This document shows positions 39,827-52,056 of a stretch of 64,000 bases of DNA, piece after piece (position 1 is the stretch's first letter; each line of letters begins with the position of its first letter). The translations under genes and the position numbers were made by a program. The notes below the pieces were generated by a model. It had not been told where the DNA came from. It saw nothing but the letters and a program-made list of their open reading frames with translations, and did no database searches. This DNA is from Azolla caroliniana (Eukaryota; Plantae; Polypodiophyta): assembly GCA_043228905.1 (NCBI GenBank), contig JBHGNT010000005.1, positions 14,880,001 through 14,944,000 of the forward strand. Reading direction: 5' to 3'.

Positions 39827-41113
39827 TGTCGTCGGCGTCTCGAACACACAATCACGAATAAGCGGTGGGCTTAGTGGATTTCCTAAACCACACGCTCTGA
39901 TACCATGTTAAGTAATTAGGTAATTAACTAGGGTTAATTAGAGACTAATTATATGATTACGTTAAGCATCGGAAGATTAGTATAATATGCACGTGAGAGT
40001 GTGTGAGAGGAAGAGAGAGAGAGAGAGGAAGTTACACTTATGAGCACGAAGATAAATGGGGGATGATTGACTATATTGAAAAGTGTTATCCACATACAAA
40101 AATACCCACAATGAGGTATATATATGTGAAAGTGTTTTTAGAATCTAAGCCATTGAACATTAGAAGACTATAAAGTATGGATAACTCACATTTGGAGGCT
40201 AAGAACACGAACCAAGACCTTAGGAAGAAGTCAAAAGTAAAAGTACGAGACCAAGAGAAAAGTAAAAAGAGAAAAAGCGGACCATAAAAAATAGTAAAAA
40301 AGGAATGGTCATAATGCCTTCGTGTGTGACCCAAATATTATGTTTAAATATGGGTTAGAAAGCTTGTAAAGAGAGCTATCTATAGATTTTTAAATCACTA
40401 AATTTGGAGCTATGATGAGGGAGATATGACGATTAGAAAGTCGTTGGGTCTTAGCTTAAAATAGGAGATAAAAAGCTTCTAAAAATAGCGTGAACGAGGA
40501 GGAAGAAGAAAATTATAAAAGAAGAAGTGAGGAGACTAATAGGGAGAGGATCCTAATAGAGGAGAGGGAGTCTTAGGAATAGATATCTTAATGAAAGAGG
40601 AAGGGTCTTAATTGTGGTTTTGGAGTGATTGGTAGTAAGAAGGTCTTTGGTTTCTTAGTTGAATGTGGAGTTTATCTCCTTTGTATTGTCTTGATGTTGG
40701 AATATCATAACAATCTTATCTCTTTCTCATCTTCTCTATCTTTTTTCTTAATTTCTTGAGTCTCTCTCTCCAATTTGTAGATACCTTGATCTATATAATA
40801 TATTATGAGTCACAACTCCATCTTATCGGTTTGGTCAAGCCCTCATATAGTGTAAAATTACCCTTTGTCTTAAACACCCTATCAATATACAACCCATGTG
40901 CAAAGGTGCACATGTGTGGGTAGAACATAGGTACTTATGTGTAAGTTCTACATTAAATGTACTAAGGAGTGGAGGATCTAGAATATCCCACTTAAGTACA
41001 AGGTCTTATTTAAAGGCTTAAGGTCAATACATTAACTAGATTTGATCTAGGTAACTACTAAGTTACATGTGTTGACTAACTAGATTAAACTAGTTGAGCT
41101 TGATATCTCAACA
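39827..41113 (-). mobile_element. Truncated LTR element: about 1.2-kb LTR (39906-41113) + tRNA-Met PBS + about 65 bp of leader
   Basis: GCTCTGATACCA 39894-39905 abuts TGTTAAG; far end GTTGAGCTTGATATCTCAACA. May itself contain a nested piece. Confidence 0.65.
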
Positions 41114-41753
41114 CATGGGCATGCCCGAACGCTCCCTCGTCACAAGACGTCGAACGTACGAGGAAGACACAAAACACACACACAAATGCTCGTACGCCTT
41201 TATGAGGAGGAGAGGTGCATGGGCAAGCCCGAACGCTCCCTCGTCACAAGACGACCGAACATACAAGGAAGTCAGAAACACACACACAAATGCTCGTACA
41301 TCTTTATGAGGAGGAGAGGTGCATGGGCACGCCCAAAACGCTCCCTCGTCACAAGACAGCCGAACGTACAAGGAAGACACAAACACACACACAAAATGCT
41401 CGTACGCCTTTATGAGGAGGAGAGGTGCATGGGCAAGCCCAAACGCTCCCTCGTCACGAGACGAACGAACATACAAGGAAGACACAAACACACGCACAAA
41501 ATGCTCGTATGCCTTTATGAGGAGGAGAGGTGCATGGGGCATGGGGCATGGGCAAGGCCGAAACAGTCCCTCGTCACAAGACGGCCGAACGTACAAGGAA
41601 GACACAAACACACGCACAAATGCTCGTACACCTTTATGAGGAGGAGAGGTGCATGGGGCATGGGCAAGGCCGAAACGGTCCCTCGTCACAAGACGATCGA
41701 ACGTACAAGGAAGACACAAAACACACGCACAAAATGCTCGTATGACTTTATGA
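41114..41753. repeat. Tandem repeat, about 6 x 104-119 bp
   Basis: Units start CATGGG at 41114, 41218, 41322, 41428, 41533 and 41652 (..CCCTCGTCACAAGACG..GAAGACAC..ATGCTCGTAC..TTTATGAGGAGGAGAGGTG). Confidence 0.95.
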
Positions 41754-42984
41754 ATAGTAGGACCTTGCTTGTGCCGAGAGTCGCGCGATGCGCTTCTCAA
41801 ATTCTTGTAGAAGTACCATAGTATTTCTCCCCTTGTTGGGAAGCTCTACCCACTCCATTAGATCCCTTTTCGAAATTCTGCGTGAGTCATCAAGGCCGTA
41901 CTTCTTGAGGAGTCTTTCTTTGAACTCCACCCAATTGCAACAGTCCGCTTGGATCTCGAATACCTCTGCGTGGATACTCAATGTTACCACTTTAGCGAAT
42001 CCGGTTAGCCGCCTATCTTCGGGGACGTTTCACATAAGCATTTCGGCCTTATAGGCATCCAAGTAGCTCGTGGTATCTCTTCCATTGAACCGGCCTGTTG
42101 TGTTGACCACCGTCTCTATGGCCCGGTCTAGGCCGGTGATGCCTTCTCGAGCATTTACCAAGTGGTTCACCGCCGCCGCCATAACTTCAACGAGTTCTCC
42201 TCCTCGCATCTTGGTTCTCCCTTGCCGCCCTTTCATGTCGGGTTCACCAATGATGTCGCGTATTTCCGCGCGTGCGTGTAGAATAAGGCGGGACCACGGG
42301 GGTCTTAGACTAGGGAGTAGATGGGAAGACGGGTATGAGCAAAGTGGAAGAGATTAACACGGTAGAGAAAGTAGAAAGAGACAAGATTTATGAAGTTATG
42401 TATATTATGGGCATGAAAGCCGCAATGCGATTACAACCGCGACCGTGTGGGCCGGACTCAAAACATAAGTAGAATGTAAACCCTAATCGGATAAGTAAAG
42501 AAAGAGATGAAGAAAACCCTAGAAGAAACCCTAAACCGAAAAGAAACCCTCATCCTAAGTGGTATACCTCTTCTCACTTAAAATAGGCAACCCCCTCAAT
42601 GGTGCCCCTTCCTCTCCTTTTATAGCATAAGGAGAGAAAGCTGTTACAAAAGGGAGAGACTAAATATCCCCTTCATTCAATGGGGGATATTTGCTTAGAT
42701 TCTAGGAGGAGGGATTGATGGGGCCTTAACTCCCACTCCTCACACATACTACTATGCCCATTACTCACCTCGTACTCCTATGTACCCCTCTCTTTCTCAT
42801 GTGGATGTGCACATAACTGCACATCACATTTACACTTTAGGAATCTTGTGGTGCATTTCTTACAATTTACATTTGTTCTTATTAATATTTTACAAATACA
42901 TCATGTGCGTGTGCAACGTTGCACACCCCGGTTTTGCTCACTCCGCTCGGTTTTCCCCCCTATGGACGAAAATCTTCACGACAA
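41754..42984 (-). mobile_element. Gypsy element D 5' part: LTR about 42254-42984, non-Met PBS, truncated gag
   Basis: On the - strand the LTR starts TGTCGTGAAG; PBS TGGTGAACCCGAC at about 42237-42249; gag-like GRFNGRDTTSYLDAYKAEM..WVEFKERLLKKYGLDDS. Confidence 0.8.
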
Positions 42985-44542
42985 TGGAAGAGTGCGAACG
43001 GACGCAGTATTGACAATTGATCAGGAGTCTCATCTATCTCATGATCACTTGACCCGACCTCATCTATCCGGTTGGTCTCCTTAGCCAATTCATGCAAACT
43101 CCACGAGATATTCATTTGGATTGCGCTACACGAGTGTTGCGATACGTGAGCGACACATAGATTGTGGCATTCTCTACAAAGTGGCAATGCCAATTCGACT
43201 CGAAGGGTACACAGATGCAGATTGAGCTTACTACAAAGCCGATTGACGATCGACCTCCGGATTTGTTTTCTCCCTCGGTAGTGAAGCGATTTCGTGGAGT
43301 AGCAAGAAGCAGCCGACTATTGCACTTTTGAGCACAGAGGCTGAGTACATGGACGTGGTTGTGGCTGCATGTGAAGTCGTATGGCTCAAGAGGATTTTGA
43401 AGGATCTGGGTGTTCCCATCAAGGATCTAACCCCCCTTTACTACGACGACATGAACAATATTTATCTAGCTCGGAACCCGGTGTTCCACGCACACACGAA
43501 GCATATCAAAGTGCACTATCACTTCATTCGAGAGCGCGTTCAGGCAGGAGATGTCGACCTTCAACACATCAATACGGATCTTCCAACAACCAACATCTTC
43601 ACCAAAGCCCTAGGAGCCGACAAGCTTCGACAATTCATGTCAAATCTTGGATTGATGATCCCTGACTTGCCAAGCTTTAGAGGGAGTACAAGAGAGAACT
43701 GGATGCCATCCGAACTGGGTACCAACTAAAGTGGACACCGGATATCGTCCTCGCCACCTACTAGCCGAAGCGGATCAACTGAAAGGCACCGACCCGAGTT
43801 GAGCTTGAGGGGGCATGTTGAAAATCAAGCTCAACCTATCCTTGTGTGTGAACACACCCTTTGAGAATCTATGAGCACTCAAAGGTCGAAAGTCACGCCA
43901 CTACTCTCTACACATTAACTATGTGTCATAGAATCATATTCTATGACACATAACTAATGAGTTTCATATTCCCCATGACTAATGAGTCTTCACATTCCCC
44001 AAGAGAGAGTGGTTGTTATAGTTAGTTAATGAAGAGAGAGGGTGACTATATATAAAGCACCCTCCTCCTACTTCATATAGTGTCGATTGTCCTCCCTGGT
44101 AATGCTACATTTTGTAATTGGTATTCTCCTTGTTGATACACCTTCTCCTTGAGTACTTCATTTTTCTATCATTTATTTATCTTGTGTTTTCTCTTCTCTC
44201 CTTTCTTTCCTCTCACAGATACACATAACACACATCTCTTCCGCTACACAGAATGATATCTAATTCTTTACAGGGACAATGATATATGATTTAAATCTCT
44301 TTGTGTTTATCTTCGAAACTAATAATAACAACTTTCTTACAAGTTAGTTCACACAATTGTTCAAGAAAACATGAAAATATGATGTTAGCAAGTTTATCCG
44401 GCGAATTAGTTATATATTGGTTATGTGAATTCTAATCTATGTCATAATTGATGCATATAACCTCTTCAAACAACACCGTAAATCATTAACAATATATAGC
44501 ACACAAGGGTCGATGGATTATGAGTGTCTAATAGTATATTGC

Positions 44543-47500
44543 TTAATCGCTACATTCACATGTAGTCAAATTTGAAGAATTGTTAATGCTTTGGTATGAA
44601 TGGGATGCTTTAGAAAGGGGCATACTTCGGAAACGATGGATCACTTCACGAAGCCAATTGCCGATGTGGGTCACATTGATTCCTATAGGTTGATCTTTGT
44701 AGTATGAGCGACAAACCTTGACATCGTTAGGAGTTGGGCAAGGTGCAGTCGAAGTGTCTCTCCAATATCCCTCATGGTGCAAACCAATCCAACTTGCTAG
44801 ACTTTTATAAACAAATTGTCCACGTCCAGCTACCTCAAGCCAACCTCCTGGAAACATTTCCATTACTCTCCCACCAGGTGACATGAATATCATATTTGTT
44901 AATTGTCCCCCGTGTGCACTTATTAGTATATCAGTGTGGCTCATCACCTCTACCTATTGAAAAACGAGAGGTTACAATATGATCACAAATAATAAACAAT
45001 TGAACGACAATAATTTTTCGATAGTAATGTAACATAAACTTGCATTGAACTAATGAAGCATTAAACAATTAAAGTTTCAATATAGTTGATAATTAGGTGA
45101 CTGTTTTCGAGAGTCACAATTGTTTAGAGTTGAGGACACTTTATGATTCAATAAATGGTTAATAGCACGCAATATGTCAAGGTAACAACATATGTATATG
45201 CACAACTAGAAAAAGTTGATACATATGTGTCTTCCAAACATAAATGTCCATTTTTTCTGTTACTAGCATATAATTTTATATGATTCTCATATTCCTTGTC
45301 TAATGTGTCATAGCCCTAGAGATTTGTTCCCTTTTGCTAGTGCACATACGTTGGCAAGTTAAAACATGTTGTTATGTATGTAATTTTAACGTAAAAGGCT
45401 ATGATATGTACAATCCATGAACTAGTATATTAAAGAGGAACTATTCCTTTTAACATGTGTGGTTATCAATTCTATTCTCTATATGATATATTGGCATGGA
45501 TGCCCCCCTCCACGATGATAAATGTAGTTGGGTATATCATATATGTGAACCTCCACGTCCCATGGAAAGTTGATTGCCTTTGGGCATGGCCTGTGGTTCT
45601 CGTGTGCTTCCAACAAATTGATTGGCTTTGGTGAGGGACACACTTGGGTTGATGTGACATATGTTCATTGAATTTCGGCCATTAGTATCCAATTGCTTTA
45701 CATCACATGACTTTGAAACATACTATCCTCCTCATATTTGGTATCAAAGCATGCTCACAAAGCATATCATGGTATTGTGATTTATAAAATGTATTACATG
45801 TAGTTAGGATAAGCAAGCCTAGGGGGGGATCGCTAACACATGTTATGGCATTGATTTTACTCAATCTGAGGTAGTGTTGAACAACCAAACATTTGCTCTT
45901 TCAAGGTATAAAACAAAAGTGGTTTGCATACATACATCCTAATCCTAAGTAGTTCCAACTTCCTACATGCGTTTATTATGATGTAAAGTTTGATGAAGAA
46001 ATATACTCAAATATGCATATGCATACTAGACTAGTTGTGCTTACACATTATGCTGTAATGCGCTCAGTAGTCATGAATAATCATGGCTTGTAGTATGCAT
46101 GTTCATAACTTCTATGGATGAATTTGGTTAATGTTGGTCGTTGGTTGTGGCTCTTTCCCCATATTACGACTTTTATCATAAGTGTGTACATACATACATA
46201 CATACATACATTAACATATAAGGCCCAAAGTGAGTGTGTACACACCTTTCCCACATTGTGCCCCTAGCCAACGAAAGCAAAAGAGTACAAGAAGATTCAA
46301 AAGACATATATGTATAACAGTATATGTATGTACACGTTTGAGTAAGAGAGAGAGAGAGAAGACATCATGGATGGATTGGACACCTAACTAATAAAACCTA
46401 CTACTACCTGTTGGCAGAACGTGAGATTGCCGGGATGCATCACCGACCAAGTGCAGTGATGCTCCTCCTCCTCCTCCTCCTCCGTGGCAGTGGCAGTGGC
46501 CGCGGCCTTGCATTGCTCCTCCACCACTCGTTGCCACGCGTGCTCGTCGGCGAATCGTCTCCCGCCACGTCGCAGCATGAGGGTGACGTGGACATGATGG
46601 GGGTGGGGGTGGGGGTGGGGGTAGGGGTGGAGGGGGAGGTTGCAGGTGAGCCTGGCGCGGCAGCGGGCTTCGGCGTACATGCGGCGGAGGAGGGGGAGTG
46701 TCATGCCTCCGATGCCGCTGCGGCTGACGACGGCGTGGTGCAGGCAAACGACGGAGGAGGAGGAGGAGGAGGAGTGAGACAGAGAGAGAGGCAGAGAGAG
46801 AGACATGGACATGGACATGGGGAGGATGGAGGTGGGGAGGCCCGACGCGTTCATGAGCTGCGCGATCCATGACCCCATCTGCCTCCCGCTGCGGTACTCG
46901 CCTTTGTGGAACAGCAACAGCTGCGTCGCGCGTGAGCACTTGCTCTCCAGTCGCCAGTACACGAACTGGAGGAGGTTGTACATGGAGTGCCAAGGGTTGG
47001 AGAAGTCAAAGACCGTGTCTGAGATTAGGGTTGTTCCTGCCACAACTGAGGAGCCTTGTGGCAGGCCATGGCGGAACGCAAAGCCGTACCAGTTCTGTGA
47101 CCCGTCCGACGTGTGGTTTCCTTTCAAACAGAGGAGCTTCTGCGACAGATATGCATTCTGCTGCTCCCTGCTGCCATAGCTCCAGTCTAGTGAAACAGGG
47201 TATGCTGTGGATGATGATTTTGGTTGTAGGTTAGGATGAGACGTCCATGATTGTGGTGGTTTCATGTTGCTATTATGGGAGTTGATTTCATGACATGATG
47301 ACGATTGTTGTTGTTGTATAATGTTGTTGCATCCTGATGGTGAGGATGATATGGACGGTTGTGCTTGCAGAATGCTTCTGCTGTCATTGCAGGAGGAACT
47401 TGGTGATAGTTCTTGCATAGCCTTGATTCCCTGCCATGACGTGTCTTTAGGAGAAAGTGAAGTTGACAAGGATGTAGTCTGCAGATTGGTGCTTCCTTTG

Positions 47501-48451
47501 CTTTTAAAAGGATCTCCATCAGTAGTAGTTAAAAGTGATGCTGAGAAAGAAGATGGCAACGATGATGATTGTCGAGTGTTGGTTCCATAACAGCTGCTGC
47601 TGAGACCTGGAAAACAACAGAAGATAGATATAGTTAGTTTGTTACTATGGTTGATGCACGATGTATGTATGTATGTATGTATGTATGTATGTATGTATGG
47701 TCCGGTCCCACTCCATGGTGGTGGATCATAAGAGAAGAAGCAATGATTGATTGGTTTGTTTTTAGTAGAGGAGGAGGATGATGAACCGAACCGAACCGAA
47801 CCGAACCGAACCTTGTGAGGAGGAGGAGGAGGAGGAGAAGGGTGCAGCAGCAGCGGCCACTGCGGAGGAAAAAGAAGGTGATGAAGGAAAGCAGAAGAAT
47901 TCGGGGGGGCCTTGCTTCATGCCCCTCCCTTTGAACTCGGACATGAAATAATGGTGCGTATGCCCATCAAACCTCTCCCCTTGCTCCAAATGCTTGCTGA
48001 ACTCGGGAGATTTCAAGGGCCGAAACTCGACACTCTCCGAGAGGTGATGCTTAAACATGTCCAAGTCTTGCTCGATCTCCATCACTCGAGCCTGCATTTG
48101 CTCGATCTCCTGTTTGCTCTGCAAAGTGTTCACTTGGACGACATCTAGCCGTTGCTTCATATCCTCGATCAACACTCCATGGTCATCCTTAATCAACACT
48201 CCATGGCTCACCACCCTCGTTTTACCATTGGTATATTCACCACCATTATCATTGTCATCATCATCATCGTTGTCCTTGTGTTGCTCTTCAAGTCTCCTCA
48301 CTATGTCGTTCGACTGATGGCTTATTGAATCTACTTTCTTCGGAGGACCCACATCTTGTAACATTTTGCTCACTTGGTGCATCCCCACCAATACCACGAA
48401 CATCATCCCCACCATCATTTTCATGCTATTGTAAGAAGGCCACAATGCCAT
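44543..48451 (-). CDS. Glycosyltransferase family 61 protein (type II membrane), 3 exons, about 749 aa
   Basis: Exons 48451-47812, 47606-46408, 44953-44543, with consistent phases (2250 bp). N-terminal hydrophobic anchor MMVGMMFVVLVGM; LLCLKGNHTSDGSQN, FSNPWH, LTFCQQVEVMSHTDILISAHGGQLTNMIFMSPGGRVMEMFP.GWLE.AG.GQFVY, HEGYWRD. Start codon uncertain. Confidence 0.88.
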
Positions 48452-49149
48452 TTTGGCTGCTTCACACTTTAATATCGATATGACCTTTAGATGTAGTACA
48501 TCCCACATCAAGAATATATCCCTCTAGATGCAACCCAACATCAAACATATATGAAGTGCTACCACATTGGAGGTAAGCACCAAGATTTAGGACATGTTTT
48601 TTCTCCCTTGGGATGATTATTGAACACAAGATGTCAAAATTGGGAGGTGACATTTCTTTATTGACTACCTCTTCATCCTCAATGCATTCTCATTTCCCAC
48701 CTTACTCGATCTTGTTTATTAGTGCCCCTTTCTTTTTCTCACAACCTAAGGCATTATGTCCTCTTGTCCTTGTAGGCTCATTTTAACGCTTCCAATCATA
48801 TCAATGTTTTAGCCTTAATGATTCTTTAATTGTTTTTTAATTAAGTGGTTTTTACTTAACCATAATCTTTTGTATTGATAATGACCATATTCAACCTTGG
48901 CTTTGGTTTGACAAAAATACTCTTAAATGTGTGGAGTTTCACCCCTTGCGTTTTTTACTTGAGGCTTTCATTGGAGGTTTCACCCTAACCTTTGGCAAGA
49001 CAAGCTACCCTTAATATGTGAAGAATAAGTTCCTCATAAATATTGGACCACATCTTTCATCGTTATTATTGTTTGACCATAAGTTTTGTTAAAGTGAAGT
49101 AGCCTAAATGTAAACATTTCGTCTTTGGTAATGTTGGTCTAGGTTAATA

Positions 49150-49610
49150 ATGCCTTTTATCATTGATCATCCTTGCTTGACCTTGGATTTGCTAAATGCA
49201 AAAAAGAACAATGTTGTTGAGAGAAATTTAGCCTTAGTAAGATTGTCTTGAGCTAGCACCACCTTTCATCCTTGACTAACTTTGGACCTTAGTTTCAATA
49301 AAATTCTACTTCCAAAATTTGTTCAGATCCCAAGTAATATAGGCCCAAGGCAAGACATGTTTCATCCTTAACTAGATCATCGTGCACTAATTTTGACAAC
49401 CATGATCTAAATTAGTCCCAACACATCTTTTGATTAGGTTTGAGCTAGAAATGCCTTTCATCCTTGACTACCTTTTGGCCTTAGATTTGGTAAGATATAA
49501 TGTGAAATTTGGCTCCCTAGCAATATAAACTCAAGTTCACAATGCCGTTCATCCTTAACTAGATAATCTTGCACTAAATTTGACAACTAAGCTCTAAATT
49601 AGTCTTCCTA
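49150..49610. repeat. Degenerate about 95-bp tandem repeat (190-bp dimer) upstream of the GT61 gene
   Basis: TTTCATCCTTGACTA at about 49264 and 49455; TTCATCCTTAACTAGAT.ATC.TGCACTAA.TTTGACAAC at about 49361 and 49548. Confidence 0.75.
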
Positions 49611-50666
49611 TTTCATTTGAGCAAGTATACTTGAGGTACTGACTATGAAGGTTAGAGCTTGCTTCTTTAAACCCTGCCCCAAATAGGTTTAAGGTAGGTT
49701 TGTTGGACAATGAAGTTTTTTAAATTCATTCCATTTAAAAATCGTGCTATATTAATAATATAACCTTCATAAGAGGAATTTAATAAGAACAAAACAACAA
49801 TAAGTAGATGGATGATAGTTATGCAAAGTGTAAAAAGAATAATTTTATTTGGCGACTTAGATGGATATGAACTATAACATGTTGACAACTATTGTGATTG
49901 TTTTATTTAATGTGTCATGGTCACTAGAATTTACATAAGTAAAAAAATGGACAACTTCAATATGAAGTAGGAGTATTTGAAATCTTGGCTAAATAACAGG
50001 AGCAAAGAGAGCTTAGAGGAGTATCGTAATGTTCTTTAAAAAATAAATTTATTATAATAACATATTTAGATCAATTAATTACTTTCAAACCAAATATTTT
50101 ATTGACATTGTTTGTTTATCTCTATCATGCGTTTGGTATGCTTAAAATTTTTATTGTATGGTGAAATCATTCCTTTAAATTAAACCTTGAATGAGGGGTT
50201 TGGCACCTGTAAGTTTTCAATTGTATTAGGAAACCATGCCATTGCCACTTTTCATTTTGGTTATTTTATGCTTTATGTTATTTTGGTTCCATAGAATATG
50301 GGGCATGAAAGTCCTATGTTCAATTCAAAACTTAATGGATTTTTACTATGGCAAGGAAATAACAAGAGATCCATAAAGCATGACTTACTATTCATGAGAA
50401 ATGACACAATATTTAAGGTTATATATAACTTTGAGGAGTCATAAATGTTCATAAACATATGAATTCTTGCTTCTAAATTCATCACATGATTGTGGTGTGT
50501 TATGTGACATTGTCGATGTCTTTGCAAGTTAGAACAATTCATAAATTCCGACATCCAAATCCAAAAATTTGTCCAAATACCAAAACATTTTTTAGGCAAT
50601 CAACCACTTAACTAAAGAAGTTTTAATAAGTTAAATTCTCTTTTAATAGAAAGAGACATTGTTTCA

Positions 50667-51919
50667 ATTCTGTGGCAAGTGCCCATCTAATGAGTATCAT
50701 TTGTGGGGAAACCTAAGTGCTTTGTTTGACAATGTCGGTGGGTGGTAGTATTGGAAGGTAAGAAGTGGCAAGTAAACCTGAACCCAGGGAAGCTAGATAA
50801 TGATTGTAAACTATGGCTATTTGACAACAAACCCCTATGTGATTTGGAGTGGGATCCATTAGAAGTATGGTGGCAGAAATCAGGAATGAACAAATTGGAG
50901 GGTTTTTTTGAGTATAGTACTAAGCTAGGAAGGCAAATCGTTGGCACCAAATCAGTGGGTGCTGCTCAGACTCGCAATAGTTGGAGGGATAAAGGCATAT
51001 CAGATGACTTGTTGAAGTTGTTTTGGAGGAGACTATGGACATTGGATATGCCAGAAAAAATAAAGGTTTGGTTTTGGTTTCTTAGCCATAAGGCGATACC
51101 TGTAGGGGAGTGGATGAGGTGTCGTGGTGGGGAGGCTGGTTGTAAGATATGTGGTCACTCTATGGAATCGATACCTCACTGTTTTTGGAATTGTGCAGAG
51201 GCGATTAGCATTTGGGGTAGAAGTCTCAAGGTAGTGGCATCATGCGGTGTGAATGGGAGAGTTGTGTGGAGGTCCTTATAGGGTTTGAAGCTAATAGGGG
51301 AAGGCTGGGCGGAACAACTAATTCCACATGGTCATGGATGTATAGTGTAGGGTGGCAGTGTATTCCAATGTGTTGTAGTGAAACCTGGTATAAACTTTGG
51401 TTTTTTTGAGGAGATATGGATGTTGGTGGCACGCTTCTCGGTCTGGCACATTTGGACTAGACGATGTATGTTTGTTTTTCAGCAACGAAAGCACTCCCAA
51501 GTGGTGAGCTGGTATCTTGGCTGGTGAGCTAAACATTTGGTTCGAGCTGGTATCTTGGCTGCGCGGACGATACGACTCGATTGAAGGGAACACGGATGAA
51601 GCAGAAAGGGCTCGGTCAAAGTTTCTACTGAAATGGGGTGATTCTCCTATCTTGGTAAAATCATCGTCAGAGCCTGAATGGAACTACCAAGCACCAAGAT
51701 GGCTGTTTCCACCAATGGCTTCCATTAGTGGACAGGAGATGTAAATATGTAGTTACCATGTAAAAAGAGTTAGCGGGATACTTTTGTTGTAAATGACGGG
51801 GTAGGGATTATGATTAGTTTTGTGTGGAGAAGTATGAGTTTTGTTGAATATGGTTGAACTTTGATGTACTTTGTTTGCTAACTAATGAGAAGTAGTGTTT
51901 TTTTGGAAAAAAGAAGAAG
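50667..51919 (+). mobile_element. 5'-truncated L1-clade LINE (zf-RVT region and 3' end)
   Basis: FWRRLWTLDMPEKIKVWFW...CKICGHSMESIPHCFWNC; A/AAG-rich tail 51907-51919; 16-bp TSD with 2 mismatches, AAGAGACATTGTTTCA (50651-50666) / AAGATACGTTGTTTCA (51920-51935). Confidence 0.85.
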
Positions 51920-52056
51920 AAGATACGTTGTTTCATCTTATACGTCAACATGAAACATATGAAGGATTGATGGTATTGAAGCACTACGTGCTAGGATCAT
52001 TTTGGCAATTTTATATTGATTAATTGTATGACTAGTACTCATTTTTTAATCAAAGT

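Larger units (their letters stand above)
23996..44272 (+). mobile_element. Ty1/copia element B (outermost host of the nest; decayed, most of RT deleted)
   Basis: LTRs 23996-24440 and 43816-44272 (TG..CA, highly similar); TSD GGGAT/GGGAC; PBS TGGTATTAGAGC 24441; PPT GAGGGGGCA before 43816. gag from about 36915, protease FVDSGASNHM at about 37910, integrase to about 39826, RT-end/RNase H 42985-43729; many stops. Confidence 0.92.

Noticed and set aside
41108-41821. Repetitive ORFs or CRISPR-like array
   Set aside because: Whole units repeat with no unique spacers, no cas genes, and the context is eukaryotic; it is a minisatellite.
45400-46000. Possible old TE fragment in GT61 intron 2
   Set aside because: Could not recover a convincing peptide or boundary.
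46388-46993. Alternative-frame Pro/Gly-rich ORFs overlapping GT61 exon 2
   Set aside because: Shadow frames of GC-rich, microsatellite-containing coding sequence.
10576-48451. Kinesin, FolD and GT61 as a functional gene cluster
   Set aside because: Shared strand only; no known common pathway.
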